From positions 133,970 to 197,969 of the forward strand of contig JAGTRB010000001.1 of the NCBI GenBank assembly GCA_018396865.1: a stretch of 64,000 nucleotides of DNA. Reading direction: 5' to 3'. The position numbers and the translations under genes were made by a program. Within the stretch, counting starts at the first letter, position 1. Each line of letters opens with the position of its first letter. The notes beneath the pieces are model-generated. The model had not been told where the DNA came from and did not search any database. It saw only the letters and a list, made by a program, of their open reading frames with translations. Positions 27,145-37,894 of this stretch are shown here, piece by piece. This DNA is from Candidatus Bathyarchaeota archaeon. Its GTDB lineage: Archaea > Thermoproteota > Bathyarchaeia > TCS64.

Positions 27145-27688
27145 GTTGACCGTTGTCGGATAGTTAACATTTTATTACTATCCGTTCCACTCACCTTGTA
27201 GGGCTTCATAGGTAGCTTTCGCCGCCAACTGTTAAGGACTGCACATTGGGAGCTTACATGCTATATTCTAGGGGGCTAGCCAGTCCTCTTGGAGGCCGCA
27301 CTTTCTACACTTATAAACATGCCTATTCGGCCTGCTTAGCTCGCCACAATATGGGCATGTCGTGGAGGGTTCTTTGCTCAACGGTTTCTGATTTGAAGCC
27401 TTGCTCCATCTATTTATATATCATATAAATAACAACTACAATTTATTTTTCCTCAATCATCTCAAAATGCTTACTCAAATGATTTCCTATCCTCGTTAAG
27501 TACGCTTGCTACATCCTCTAATGTTGCGATAACCTCATAACATCTTGATTTAGCATCGTCCAGAGGGCCCACCTCCTCTTACAGGCCTCGCTGAGCGTTA
27601 GCAGTCTCTATCATTATAAACAAGTGGTAAGGAGTTTTGTGTAAAGTTAACTGTTAGGGGCTGCTGGTGAACCCTCACCCTGAGCCTC

Positions 27689-28915
27689 TTATCCGAGGCT
27701 GGCCACATAGACATTCATGTGAGCCTCATCCATAGTCGCCTGTATTCCAGCCCTTATCATCTCCTCCATGGAGAGCCTAAGCCAGTCTCCGAATGATCCC
27801 TTCGCCCTGTTATCTGGATCCATGGAGCTCGTATCGCTGAACCCCTTCAGCCTCGCGGCTGGGATGAGAATATGTTTCGCCGCCCAGTAATCTAGGGCCA
27901 CGGGATCCCTACTTGAGGCTATGATGTTCACCCTAGTGGCCGCGTTGTAAGTGGTTCTGGGGCCTCCCAGGGGGTTGGCATTCACCCATATGGCGTCGAG
28001 GATGTTCAGGGTGGGGAACCTCGTCTCGACCATCTGGGTTCCCATCCCCCCTGAGCCGACCGTGCTGTGGGCCCTAACCCCGAGCTGGGCGGTCAGCTTA
28101 TCGGAGGTGACCCCCATGTAGCTCTTGACCGATGCGGTGACGCCGAATATCCTGTGAGACTTCAGGACGGGGATGTTCAGCACCTTCACCCTCTCCCCAT
28201 CATAAACCCCCCTCTCCGGATCCCAGACTCCCAGCTTAAAGCTGACATAGGTTCCATACCTGGTTCTGAACTTTGGATATGAGACCCTTATCCCAGTCCT
28301 GGGGTTCTCCAAGTCTTCGACAACAAACCCGTCCTCAAGGTCGCCCTCCGAATACTCCCTCACCCTCCTCGTCGTGATGTGATCCCAGAGATACGCCGAG
28401 ACCCTGTGAGAGGCTGAATATGAGTCCACAACCCTCTCGATACACTGGGATGGATCCTCGGCGTTATTCCTCTCCCAAGAGAAGCTCCCGCCGTTTCCTT
28501 TTGCTCCGAACTGGGCCTGGCCATTGTCGGCGACAACTATTTCGCCCACGAAGCCATCGGGATGGTTTAAGATCATCCTAATTAAGGCCTTCAAGAGATC
28601 CGAGTTGGTCCCACCCCTCTCATCCCACTGGCTGTTCACCTTTAAAATGACAAGGTCATCCCTAGATAACAGGCCATCAGGCCCCAAGCTCCTTCCAGAC
28701 TCTTCAGACCTGTAAAACCTAAGGCCGTGATCCCCCATCAAGCCTACAAGCTCGACGATCCCTCCGTCTCCACCTGAGGTCCCTGTAACCACAAAGATAT
28801 CGGAGGAGGGCTCAGCCTCAGCTAATAACCCCTGAACTGTGATGGGAACACTATGGCTCCCAGTCTCCTCGATGGCCTCCCTCGGCCTCCTCACAGTAAC
28901 GGAAACCGAAGACAT
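27689..28915 (-). CDS. DUF362-domain protein
   Basis: LVILKVNSQW...GEIVVADNG and NIPVLKSHRIFGVTASVKSYMGVT resemble DUF362 consensus; 408 aa. Confidence 0.55.
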   Translation of the reverse strand: MSSVSVTVRRPREAIEETGSHSVPITVQGLLAEAEPSSDIFVVTGTSGGDGGIVELVGLMGDHGLRFYRSEESGRSLGPDGLLSRDDLVILKVNSQWDERGGTNSDLLKALIRMILNHPDGFVGEIVVADNGQAQFGAKGNGGSFSWERNNAEDPSQCIERVVDSYSASHRVSAYLWDHITTRRVREYSEGDLEDGFVVEDLENPRTGIRVSYPKFRTRYGTYVSFKLGVWDPERGVYDGERVKVLNIPVLKSHRIFGVTASVKSYMGVTSDKLTAQLGVRAHSTVGSGGMGTQMVETRFPTLNILDAIWVNANPLGGPRTTYNAATRVNIIASSRDPVALDYWAAKHILIPAARLKGFSDTSSMDPDNRAKGSFGDWLRLSMEEMIRAGIQATMDEAHMNVYVASLG

Positions 28916-29180
28916 TATGAGTATTATTTACAAAAACGATGATTAAAATATTCTTATAGAGGGCTTGTATCTAACTGTTTAATTATAGTTGAGTTTTATG
29001 ATTGTCCCAGAAGATATCTGGCTTATAAATGGAGGCTAGACCGAGGGAAGCGACGTCGCCTCATCCTTTTGAGGGCTCTTTATTGCTCCTCACACCGATG
29101 CAACCCAAGCCCAAGGGCGTACTAGAAATCCATAAATAACCCTTTATGGCTCTTCCTCCTAAGCTGACGGGGAAGATCCT

Positions 29181-29630
29181 GTGTCCGGTGAGTTCAAGTA
29201 CCTTGTGAGGCTCCATGGGACGACGTTGGATGGGGCTAGAACCATCCCCCACGCCCTGAGGGGGATCAAGGGAGTGGGTATGAGGTTAGCCTACGCGATA
29301 GTCCGCTTGGCAGGGCTTGATCCAACTAGGCGGCTTGGAGACCTCTCTGAGGCTGAGGTCAAGATCCTAGAGGATATATTGAGGAACCCCTCAGGCCTGC
29401 CCTCATGGATGCTTAACAGGAGGAAGGACCCCCAGACTGGGAGAGACCTCCACCTAACGGGCTCCGACCTAGAGTTTAGGGTGAGGGAGGATATAGAGCT
29501 TATGAAGGAGATAAGGAGCTGGAAGGGGGATCGCCATATGAGGGGCTTAAAGGTCAGGGGGCAGAGGACCAAGACCACGGGCAGGAAAGGGAGGGCCGTG
29601 GGGGTCTCTAAGAAGTCCCAGGCCAAGTAG
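29181..29630 (+). CDS. rps13: 30S ribosomal protein S13 (uS13)
   Basis: EFKYLVRLHGTTLDG...GIKGVG; GTG start. Confidence 0.9.
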   Translation: MSGEFKYLVRLHGTTLDGARTIPHALRGIKGVGMRLAYAIVRLAGLDPTRRLGDLSEAEVKILEDILRNPSGLPSWMLNRRKDPQTGRDLHLTGSDLEFRVREDIELMKEIRSWKGDRHMRGLKVRGQRTKTTGRKGRAVGVSKKSQAK

Positions 29631-29645
29631 CTGGAGGGATTCAAC

Positions 29646-30191
29646 TTGGGAGACCCTAAGAAGAAGCATAAGAGGTTCGTCACTCCCGAGCGCCCTTATG
29701 ATCAGGCCGCCCTAATGGACGAGTTGAGACTCATTGGGGCCTATGGATTGAGGAATAAGAGAGAGCTTTGGCGCCACAGGACCCAGCTGAGCAAGATAAG
29801 GAGGATAGCAAGGGAGGCTCAGCCCCTCGACCCAGCTAGAAGGGCTGAGGTCGAGAGGAGGCTGATAAGGAGGCTTCAACACCTAGGCCTCCTCAAGAGG
29901 GAGGCAACCATAGATGATGTACTCAGCCTCAGGATTGAGGACCTCTTGGAGAGGAGGCTTCAGACCATCATCTACAGGAAGGGCTTGGCTAAGAGCCTAT
30001 TCCAGGCTAGGCAGCTCATAGTCCATGGGCATATATCTGTAAGGGGTAGGAGGGTGAGGGTTCCAGGCTACTGGGTTAAGGCCGATGAGGAGGCTGAGGT
30101 AGATTACTTCCCGCTGAGCCCCCTCTCCGTTAAGGATCACCCGTTAAGGGTTGAGGTTGCATCGGCGAGGATGGTGGAGGGTAGGAGATGA
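29646..30191 (+). CDS. rps4: 30S ribosomal protein S4 (uS4)
   Basis: [19 protein letters not shown]..., S4 domain. Confidence 0.9.
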   Translation: MGDPKKKHKRFVTPERPYDQAALMDELRLIGAYGLRNKRELWRHRTQLSKIRRIAREAQPLDPARRAEVERRLIRRLQHLGLLKREATIDDVLSLRIEDLLERRLQTIIYRKGLAKSLFQARQLIVHGHISVRGRRVRVPGYWVKADEEAEVDYFPLSPLSVKDHPLRVEVASARMVEGRR

Positions 30192-30580
30192 GTGAGGGGG
30201 AGAAGTGGGGGATCGTCCACATCTACAGCAGCTTCAACAACACCCTAGTCCACATGACAGACCTCTCGGGAGCTGAGACCATAGCCTCCGCGTCTGGGGG
30301 GATGTTCGTGAAGGCAGATAGGCTCAAGCCATCTCCCTACGCGGCTATGAAGGCCGCCCAACACGTTGTGGACATAGCCAGGGACAAGGGGATCACATCC
30401 ATCCACATAAAGGTGAGGGCCCCCGGAGGCTCGAAGTCCAAGACCCCGGGCCAAGGGGCTCAGGCCGCTATAAGGATACTGGCCAGAAGCGGGCTCAACA
30501 TAGGCCGGATAGAGGAGGTTACGCCTCTCCCACACGATGGAACCCGTAAACCTGGAGGAAGGAGGGGAAGGAGGCCTTAA
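30188..30580 (+). CDS. rps11: 30S ribosomal protein S11 (uS11)
   Basis: [18 protein letters not shown]...IKVRAPGG. Confidence 0.9.
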   Translation: MSEGEKWGIVHIYSSFNNTLVHMTDLSGAETIASASGGMFVKADRLKPSPYAAMKAAQHVVDIARDKGITSIHIKVRAPGGSKSKTPGQGAQAAIRILARSGLNIGRIEEVTPLPHDGTRKPGGRRGRRP

Positions 30581-30583
30581 TCT

Positions 30584-31378
30584 TTGGGTGAGAAGCTGAA
30601 GGTTGAGGCCCTCACCCTAAAGGGAGATACATTAAGATTCATACTTATGGGGTGCGACACCGCCTTAGCGAACGCCCTGAGGAGGACGATGATATCTGAG
30701 GTTCCCTGCATGGCAATAGAGGATGTCTTCATCTTCGCGAACACATCCGTCATGCACGACGAGGTCCTGGCACACAGGTTAGGCCTGATCCCACTAAAAA
30801 CCGACTTGGAGAGGTATGTGCTCCCAGAGAGATGCGACTGTGGAAGCGAGCTTGGCTGCAGCAAGTGCAGGGCAGTCCTCACTCTAGATGTATCGGCTGA
30901 GGGTGAGGCTAGGACGGTCTACTCCGGGGACCTCATTTCGGAAGATCCCGTGATAAAGCCGGTGAGCTCCGAGATTCCATTAGTGAAGCTGGCACCTGGA
31001 CAGACGTTGAAGCTTGAGGCCTACGCAAAGCTCGGCTTAGGGAAGGTCCACGCAAAGTGGCAGCCCGTCTCCTGCTGCATTTACCAGCAGGTTGATGAGG
31101 AGCAGCTGGGGGCCCTGGGAATAGGTGGAACGGAGGGTTTTGGAAAGGCCTTCATCTTCACCGTGGAATCCACAGGCTGCCTCCCACCTGACCGTATAGT
31201 AGCTGAAGCTGTAAAGGTCCTAATGGGAAAGCTCGAGGAGTTCTCAGATAAGATCAGGAGAGGTGAATTGATGGAGGAGATAAAGGAGTTCGAGGCCGTG
31301 GAGGAGGCGGGGAGAGGCCTGTACAGGGTGGCTGCGGAGGAGTTTGAAGAAGAGGAAGAGGAGGAAGAGGGGGAGTGA
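30584..31378 (+). CDS. rpoD: DNA-directed RNA polymerase subunit D (Rpo3) with Cys-rich FeS-type insertion and acidic C-tail
   Basis: Position after S11, ALANALRRTMISEVP motif, CDCGSELGCSKC; TTG start. Confidence 0.85.
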   Translation: MGEKLKVEALTLKGDTLRFILMGCDTALANALRRTMISEVPCMAIEDVFIFANTSVMHDEVLAHRLGLIPLKTDLERYVLPERCDCGSELGCSKCRAVLTLDVSAEGEARTVYSGDLISEDPVIKPVSSEIPLVKLAPGQTLKLEAYAKLGLGKVHAKWQPVSCCIYQQVDEEQLGALGIGGTEGFGKAFIFTVESTGCLPPDRIVAEAVKVLMGKLEEFSDKIRRGELMEEIKEFEAVEEAGRGLYRVAAEEFEEEEEEEEGE

Positions 31379-31719
31379 ACAACCCGGAGCTAGTCTCGAC
31401 CATAAGAGCCCTTGAGAAGGCCTCGAGGGGGGGAGCGGCCCTATGGAGGGCGCTTGCCGAGGAGCTGAAAAGGCCCAGGAGGGCAAGGGCTGAGGTGAAC
31501 TTGAGCAGGATAGACCGCCACTCGAAGGAAGGAGACGTAATAGCCGTCCCAGGGAAGGTCCTTGGATCCGGAGCCCTCTCCCACCCCCTAACGGTCGCCG
31601 CCTTCTCCTTCTCAAGGACAGCCAGGCAGAAGATCCACCAGTCGGATGGAAAGGCGATAACCCTTAGAGAACTGCTCTCCTCTAATGTAGAACCATCTAG
31701 GATAAAGATCTTGAAATAG
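31375..31719 (+). CDS. rpl18e: 50S ribosomal protein L18e
   Basis: Position and sequence (NPELVSTIRALEKASRGG...). Confidence 0.8.
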   Translation: MNNPELVSTIRALEKASRGGAALWRALAEELKRPRRARAEVNLSRIDRHSKEGDVIAVPGKVLGSGALSHPLTVAAFSFSRTARQKIHQSDGKAITLRELLSSNVEPSRIKILK

Positions 31720-31750
31720 TATTTTCAAGATAGGAAGATTTATAGAAGAT

Positions 31751-32533
31751 CTAATAATAATATTCTTCACTCATATGAGGTCTTTCCTTGGGTGTGAAGG
31801 TCTTGGCGATAACTAGGCCGAAAATGAAGCCTCCTATATGAGCCCAATACGCCACACCCGTATTTATCGGTAACATCGCTAGGAGGAGCTGGTATAGGAA
31901 CCACATACCTATCCATACATAAGCAGAGACTCTAACAACCTGCCAGAAGAATCCAAACCTTATCAATGTCCTGATCCTCGCCTCTGGAAACAGGACGAAG
32001 TAGGCACCCAAAACGCCAGAGATGGCGCCTGAGGCTCCAACGGCCGGGTATCGATCCCCGAGAGCCGTAAGCATCCAGAAGAGGGAGGCAGCCACTCCCG
32101 AGAAAATGTAAAAAGCTAGATAGCCGAGGTGCCCATAGGCATCCTCGACATTGTCTCCAAAGATATATAGGAAGAGCATATTACCTATCAGGTGCATCCA
32201 TCCCCCATGGAGAAAGATGTTCGTGACGAGGGTGTAGTACCCTCTTCCCGCCTCAACCCTGGCTGGAATCAGACCGTAGTTATAGAGGGTGTAGACGAAG
32301 TGCCTCTCCCCGAAGGACGTCTGCCAGAGGAAAACAAGGATTGAGATGACTATGAGGGACCAGTTCACATATGGGGTGATCCTCCTATGCGCCTCGTCGC
32401 CCAAGGGGAACATGTTAAAAGACCATAAAACACCCTGATCTAAATATCTTTCTGAGAGAACAAAGCCCCTAGGACGGTGAATGACCCCTTTACAGTTAGC
32501 CATATAAAACCGAGAAGCATGTGCTCCACCCAT
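31751..32533 (-). CDS. Rhomboid-family intramembrane serine protease
   Basis: GASGAISGV (GxSG) and downstream AHIGGFIFG His motif, multi-TM. Confidence 0.75.
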   Translation of the reverse strand: MGGAHASRFYMANCKGVIHRPRGFVLSERYLDQGVLWSFNMFPLGDEAHRRITPYVNWSLIVISILVFLWQTSFGERHFVYTLYNYGLIPARVEAGRGYYTLVTNIFLHGGWMHLIGNMLFLYIFGDNVEDAYGHLGYLAFYIFSGVAASLFWMLTALGDRYPAVGASGAISGVLGAYFVLFPEARIRTLIRFGFFWQVVRVSAYVWIGMWFLYQLLLAMLPINTGVAYWAHIGGFIFGLVIAKTFTPKERPHMSEEYYY

Positions 32534-32655
32534 TGCCTTGTAGCTTGAGATTACTTTTGGCTATATTTCTCCTCTAAAATGTGGTTCATCGGTGTTGGAT
32601 CTGGGGGCATACGGTTTAATTAGACGTTCGAGGAGATCGAATCGGGTCTAAGTAG

Positions 32656-32982
32656 ATGTCTGAGGGAGCTGAAAGGGGTTTTAAGGTGATAGTCCAGTTC
32701 TCCACATCTCCGGTGGGTGAGGGTGTGGGGGTCTCAGGCTATGTGGCCGAGGCCTTGAGGGAGGTGAAGAACTCGGGGCTCAGGTTCCAGCTTACCCCCA
32801 TGTCGACAATCTTGGAGGCCGAAAACGTGGAAGATGCTTTGAGGGTAGTTATGAGGGCGCATGAGGCTATCTTCAGGGCCGGGGCTAAGAGGGTTGTCAC
32901 AGATATAAAAATAGATGATAGGAGAGACAAACCCCGCAGAATGGAGGATAAGGTGGAAAAGGTGTTGAGGAACCTAGCTTAA
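32656..32982 (+). CDS. MTH1187/YkoF-family (UPF0045) protein
   Basis: ~108 aa, characteristic split beta-alpha-beta pattern VIVQFSTSPVGEG...LTPMSTILEAE. Confidence 0.65.
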   Translation: MSEGAERGFKVIVQFSTSPVGEGVGVSGYVAEALREVKNSGLRFQLTPMSTILEAENVEDALRVVMRAHEAIFRAGAKRVVTDIKIDDRRDKPRRMEDKVEKVLRNLA

Positions 32983-33056
32983 CGCTAAATTAAATAGAGT
33001 ATAACAACTATATAAAATATTACAATCATATGAATCAAGTTTTGATCCTGCATCGA

Positions 33057-35006
33057 TTAACCTATGCCGAATAAGGACAAGAACCGGAAAACGACCCCCC
33101 CCAGGAAGATGGCTAGTGCCACCTCAGAAAGGCTTATTATAGCGGCCCTCTTATAACCAAACTCCTTCACTAGGACAGCTATCGTGGCTATGCATGGGAT
33201 GTAGACCATAACCACAAAGGAGAAGACGAACATCTGGAGGGGTGTTAGGACCGCTGAGAAGTCGGTAGTTCCAAGCATGGAGGCGAATAATATCAGGGCA
33301 AGCTCCTTCCTTAATATGCCAAAGATCAGGAGCGCTCCCGAGGCCGATGGGAGGCCAAGCCAATATACTGTTATGGGGGTTAAGAGGCTCTGAATAGCGC
33401 TCAGGAACCCCATTCGATCCGCGAAGGTGATCGCGAGGTTTCCAAGGACCATTATCGGAAAGGCAGTATAGGCGAAGTCCTTAAGCTTGAACCAGGCCTT
33501 TTTCGCCGTAACTCCGAGGGTGGGCCACCTATATGGAGGCATCTCCATTATGAGGCCTAAGGGTTCTCCCGGGACAACCTTGAAGGCTATCCTTCCAAGG
33601 GCGAATATGAGGGCAAAGTCCATCAGATATAATGCGACAGCCCACTCGAATCCCAGATAACGGGCCACGAGCCCCATTATCACGACGCTCCTAGCAGCGC
33701 ACGGGATGAGAGTGGCTGTGAAGGCGCAGATGAGCCTCTCCCTCTCGGTCTCCATTATCCTGCATCCAAGGGTCGCTGGCACGTTGCAGCCGAAGCCCAA
33801 GACTAGAGGTATAAACCCCTTCCCATGTAGGCCTATCCTATGCATCGCAGAGTCTGCGAGGTAGGCTATCCTGGCCATGTATCCTGAGTCCTCTAGGATT
33901 GAGAGGGCTATGTAGAAGGGCACGATGTATGGAAGGGCTATAGCCACCCCTGCTGCTAGACCCATTACTATACCATCCCAGAATAGTGATGATAGGGCTC
34001 CCTGGAACAGGGAATCATAAACTGTTTTGAGCATCCCAAAGGCCTCTTCGAGATGAACTGCCATCCACTCCCCAACCCTGAATATGCCGTAGAACACGGC
34101 GAAGATGACCGTGAGCATAAAACCATACCCCGAGATTGGGTGCACCGTGGCCGTCTCAAACCACTCCGTCAAGCTCCTCTTGGGGGTGATCTGGGTTGAG
34201 GCCTCTAAGGCTATCATGCTCGCCAGCGAGTACCTCTCGGAGGCTATGACGCTCGGGGCATCGTGGCCGTGGATCTCCTCTATCTCCCTCCTCCCCCTCT
34301 CCACAAGATCCCTGAGTTGAGGCCTCTTTCCATACACCATCCTCTGAACCTCCTCATCCCCCTCGAGAAGCTTCAACGCGACCCACCTCTTAGGGTAGGG
34401 CGTCTCAACCCCCTCAACAGCCTCTGATATGGCCTCTATCCTTCTCTCCACCTCCTTCCCAAGCCTGAGCGGGCTCGGCGCCCTCCCACCCTCCGCGGCC
34501 TCCAAAACCCTTGCCATGAGTTGATGGAGGCCTACGTTCTTGGTGGCCACCGTTGGTACCACTGGAACCCCTAGTAGCTTCATCAGCCTCTCGACATCTA
34601 TGTGGATCCCCTTCCTCTCAGCCACATCGATCTGGTTCAGGGCCACGACCATCTTAACTCCGAGCTCCATGAGCTGAATGGTGAAGAAGAGGTTCCTCTC
34701 TAGGCTTGAGGCATCCACCACATTCACAACAACATCCGGCCTCTCGACCGCTATGTACTCCCGAGAGATCAGCTCCTCAAGGGAGAAGGTGGATAGGCTG
34801 TAGATCCCGGGGAGATCGATTATATCTATGAGGTATCCCCCGAAGCTGAGGGTCCCTTCAGCCTTCTCAACGGTCTTGCCAGGCCAGTTGCCTATATGCT
34901 GATGGAGCCCGGTGAGCTGATTAAAAATTACACTTTTACCCACATTAGCGTTGCCAGCCAAGGCTATTCTAAGGCGCTTGGCCTCCATCATGTCCAACCC
35001 GTTCAT
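33057..35006 (-). CDS. feoB: Ferrous iron transporter FeoB (start at [12 protein letters not shown]; listed N-terminal extension is not coding)
   Basis: G-domain [22 protein letters not shown]; polytopic C-terminal permease. Confidence 0.85.
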   Translation of the reverse strand: MNGLDMMEAKRLRIALAGNANVGKSVIFNQLTGLHQHIGNWPGKTVEKAEGTLSFGGYLIDIIDLPGIYSLSTFSLEELISREYIAVERPDVVVNVVDASSLERNLFFTIQLMELGVKMVVALNQIDVAERKGIHIDVERLMKLLGVPVVPTVATKNVGLHQLMARVLEAAEGGRAPSPLRLGKEVERRIEAISEAVEGVETPYPKRWVALKLLEGDEEVQRMVYGKRPQLRDLVERGRREIEEIHGHDAPSVIASERYSLASMIALEASTQITPKRSLTEWFETATVHPISGYGFMLTVIFAVFYGIFRVGEWMAVHLEEAFGMLKTVYDSLFQGALSSLFWDGIVMGLAAGVAIALPYIVPFYIALSILEDSGYMARIAYLADSAMHRIGLHGKGFIPLVLGFGCNVPATLGCRIMETERERLICAFTATLIPCAARSVVIMGLVARYLGFEWAVALYLMDFALIFALGRIAFKVVPGEPLGLIMEMPPYRWPTLGVTAKKAWFKLKDFAYTAFPIMVLGNLAITFADRMGFLSAIQSLLTPITVYWLGLPSASGALLIFGILRKELALILFASMLGTTDFSAVLTPLQMFVFSFVVMVYIPCIATIAVLVKEFGYKRAAIISLSEVALAIFLGGVVFRFLSLFGIG

Positions 35007-35755
35007 CTCTTCTCGTGATGGGGGCCGTGGGGGTGTGGGCGTCTGGTGGGTGAGGGGTCCTCGACCTCGACGAAGATGCGTCCGGCGAGGCCTCTTCCCA
35101 GTGCTATTTTGGTTCCCCTCACCGAGATCTCCATGGGGCCTCTGAATGGGGCTGCATTGATCACCTGGATGCTCGTCCCCGGGGTCAGACCCATGTCGAG
35201 GAGCCTCTGGCAGGCACGGCCTCCGCCTCTTATGAAGGCCACCTTCCCCCTCTCGCCGGGCCTGAGGTTCGAGAGCTGGGTCACGAGCTTTGGGTTCCTT
35301 TCCTCTCTCTTCCTCGCCTCCTCGCATTCGGAGCAGTCTGAAACCGCTAAAGGGCATGGGGGTATCGGCTTCTCGTCGTCGGGGCATCTCTCAGGCTTGT
35401 TAAGGGCCTTGCACAGGGCCAACGCCGCATCGTCGGATAGTCCGTGCTCCATCTTACATGCCTCATTATGGATCCTCTCCTTCCTCAGCCCCAGGATGTC
35501 GTGGAGGAAGCGCTCAAGAAGCCGATGCCTCCTCACCACCCTCTGGGCTAGGGCCATCCCCCTCCCTGTAAGCGTCACCCCCCTGTAGGGCTCGTACTCC
35601 ACCAGCCCCTTCTCGGCCAGCTCCTTCACCATCTGGGTCACGCTGGGTGGGGAGACCTTCAGCCTCTCGGCCAGCTCCTTCGTCCTAGCCGGCTTTCCCC
35701 CCTCGTTGAAGGTGTATATGGCCTCCAGGTACTCCTCTAGGCTCTCGCTGTGCAT
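35003..35755 (-). CDS. DtxR/MntR-family metal-dependent repressor fused to C-terminal FeoA domain, with Cys-rich linker
   Basis: N-term HTH and HRLLERFL; linker CKALNKPERCPDDEKPIPPCPLAVSDCSEC; FeoA-like LRPGERGKV...ISVRGTKIALGRGLA. Confidence 0.8.
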   Translation of the reverse strand: MHSESLEEYLEAIYTFNEGGKPARTKELAERLKVSPPSVTQMVKELAEKGLVEYEPYRGVTLTGRGMALAQRVVRRHRLLERFLHDILGLRKERIHNEACKMEHGLSDDAALALCKALNKPERCPDDEKPIPPCPLAVSDCSECEEARKREERNPKLVTQLSNLRPGERGKVAFIRGGGRACQRLLDMGLTPGTSIQVINAAPFRGPMEISVRGTKIALGRGLAGRIFVEVEDPSPTRRPHPHGPHHEKR

Positions 35756-35803
35756 CTGGATCTGTAGTGAGGGTTGAAATATAAATATTAGGCTGGACTA
35801 AAT

Positions 35804-36850
35804 TTACTTCTCCGCCAGGGAGTAGGTGAGGCGGGGCACCCCCTCCACCCCAGCCTCAAGCCTCCTATCAACCCTGCAATGGACCTTCCCCTCCTCGACG
35901 AGCATCTCAAGGGTTTCAATGTAGGGGTTCACTATGCTTATTCCCCTCCTCCTCAACTCCTCGAACTCGCTCGGGGTTACGCCGAGGGCCCTCGCCCATC
36001 CGTCGGGGACGAGTTGATGCCACAGATCTCTGAAATCAACCTCCCCCCTCCTCTCCAGAACCTCCTGGATGGCTCTTCCCAGCTCGTTCCTTTTCAGCCT
36101 CAGCCTAGGCACCCTTCGATTCGGGTCGAGGGGGGTTATCTCCACCCCTCCGCGGGTCAATCTGATCAGGGAGTTCTTCGGCGGCTCGAATACCCTATCG
36201 AGTTCTTCTCGAACCTCGTTGAGCCCTGCTGGACTGCTGCAGAACATGGCCTCCCCCTCCCCGAGGGCTATGACGCATGGCTGGTGCCAGTTAGCTATCC
36301 ACACGACGTCGGGCTCTTGGAGGCTGATGCAGGCTAGGAGGAATGATCCCTCCAAGTGGCGGGCAACCCTCCTTAACCCCTCCCCTATAACCAGGCCCTT
36401 CTCAGCATACTCCTCAAGCATGTGGACTGCCACCTCACTGTCGGTTATCGAGTGCACCTCGGCCTCGTAGGAGCTGAATTTATGCCTCTCCTCTAGGCTT
36501 TGCCATAGGCTCTTGTAGTTGGAGATGTTGCCGTTGTGCATTAGGCATATCGTCTCACCGCAGTCCAGGAATGGGTGGGCCATCCTCCCCGTGTTATATC
36601 TAGGGTCATAGAACCCGTATCCGAAGCGGCTGTGAGCTATGCCCACCTCCCCCTCCAGCCTCTCTATCCCAGTCGTCCTCCTCACCCTTTCCACAGGGCC
36701 TACATCCTTCTCCACCCTCAACTCCCCTTCCTCTGTTATGACTCCAAGCCCTGTGGCGTGGCCTCCGAAGTACGCCTCCTGGTACTCAAGGCTCCTCAGA
36801 AGGAGGGGGGCTATGGGCCTATCTCCTATGTAGGCTGCGAGTTGGCACAT
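35804..36850 (-). CDS. Class II (Ntn) glutamine amidotransferase domain protein with C-terminal extension
   Basis: N-terminal MC nucleophile, GHATGLG, HSRFGYG pattern. Confidence 0.55.
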   Translation of the reverse strand: MCQLAAYIGDRPIAPLLLRSLEYQEAYFGGHATGLGVITEEGELRVEKDVGPVERVRRTTGIERLEGEVGIAHSRFGYGFYDPRYNTGRMAHPFLDCGETICLMHNGNISNYKSLWQSLEERHKFSSYEAEVHSITDSEVAVHMLEEYAEKGLVIGEGLRRVARHLEGSFLLACISLQEPDVVWIANWHQPCVIALGEGEAMFCSSPAGLNEVREELDRVFEPPKNSLIRLTRGGVEITPLDPNRRVPRLRLKRNELGRAIQEVLERRGEVDFRDLWHQLVPDGWARALGVTPSEFEELRRRGISIVNPYIETLEMLVEEGKVHCRVDRRLEAGVEGVPRLTYSLAEK

Positions 36851-36890
36851 CAGCCCCTTCTAGGCTTAGAGGCTGATAAATCTCTCGGTT

Positions 36891-37883
36891 TTAGGTCTGG
36901 TCTTGGACGCCCGACATCCTCCTTATCTCTCTCCCCACCCTCTCTATCTCCAGGGATTCGCACTCCTCCATTAACCTCTTAAGCTCTTTTAATCCTCCCT
37001 CCGCCTCCTCCACCCACATCCTGGCGAATCTCCCGTTCTGGATATCCCTCAATGCTCTCCTCATGTTCTCCTCGACATGATCGTCCACTATTAATGGTCC
37101 AACCTTCATCCCGCCGTACTTCGCCGTATCCGAAACGGCTCGGTACATTCCGCTTAACCCGGACTTGTAGATGAGGTCCACTATGAGCTTCAGCTCGTTG
37201 AGGACCTCGAAGTAGGCTAGTTCTGGTGTGTAGCCGTTCTCTACGAGGACCTTGAACCCCCTCCTAATGAGCTGGTCTACACCCCCGCATAGAACTGACT
37301 GCTCCCCGAAGAGGTCGCTCTCGGTCTCCTCTTTGAAGGAGGTTAATATGATTCCAGCCCTCCCTGAGCCCAAAGCCTTGGCTATGGCTAGGGCCTTCCT
37401 CAACCCCTCACCGGAGTAATCCCTGTGGACTGCCACGAGGGCTGGGACGCCGAACCCCAGCTCATACTGCCTCCTGAGTTCAGGCCCAGGGGCCTTGGGG
37501 GCTACCATGGTGATGTCAACTCCCTCTGGAGGATCGATCAGTCCGTAATGGATGTTGAATCCGTGGGCGAATTGTAGGGTCTTCCCAGGCTGGAGGTTTG
37601 CCTCCACCTCCTCCCTGTAAACCTTCGGCTGAGCCATATCTGGGATGAGCATAACTATTATATCCGCCTCCTCCGTGGCTCTGGATATCGGGAGGACCTT
37701 GAAACCTTCCCTCTCAGCTCTCTCCCATGATCCCCCCTGCCTCAATCCAACTATGACCTCAACCCCTGAGTCGCGAAGGTTTAGGCTCTGGGCTCTCCCC
37801 TGGCTCCCGTAGCCCAGTACTGCGACTAGCTTATCCTCCAATATCCTCCCGTCGATATCTGAGTCGTGATACACCTTGACCAA
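36891..37883 (-). CDS. ilvC: Ketol-acid reductoisomerase (copy 1)
   Basis: VLGYGSQGRAQSLNLRDSG Rossmann; 330 aa class I KARI. Confidence 0.85.
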   Translation of the reverse strand: MVKVYHDSDIDGRILEDKLVAVLGYGSQGRAQSLNLRDSGVEVIVGLRQGGSWERAEREGFKVLPISRATEEADIIVMLIPDMAQPKVYREEVEANLQPGKTLQFAHGFNIHYGLIDPPEGVDITMVAPKAPGPELRRQYELGFGVPALVAVHRDYSGEGLRKALAIAKALGSGRAGIILTSFKEETESDLFGEQSVLCGGVDQLIRRGFKVLVENGYTPELAYFEVLNELKLIVDLIYKSGLSGMYRAVSDTAKYGGMKVGPLIVDDHVEENMRRALRDIQNGRFARMWVEEAEGGLKELKRLMEECESLEIERVGREIRRMSGVQDQT

Positions 37884-37894
37884 TCCACTGCCTC

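Noticed and set aside
35007-35387. 120-aa N-terminal extension of the feoB ORF (MPRRREADTP...)
   Set aside because: Low-complexity Arg/Pro/Gly-rich sequence antisense-overlapping the DtxR-FeoA gene. The real FeoB G-domain starts at [12 protein letters not shown] (35006).
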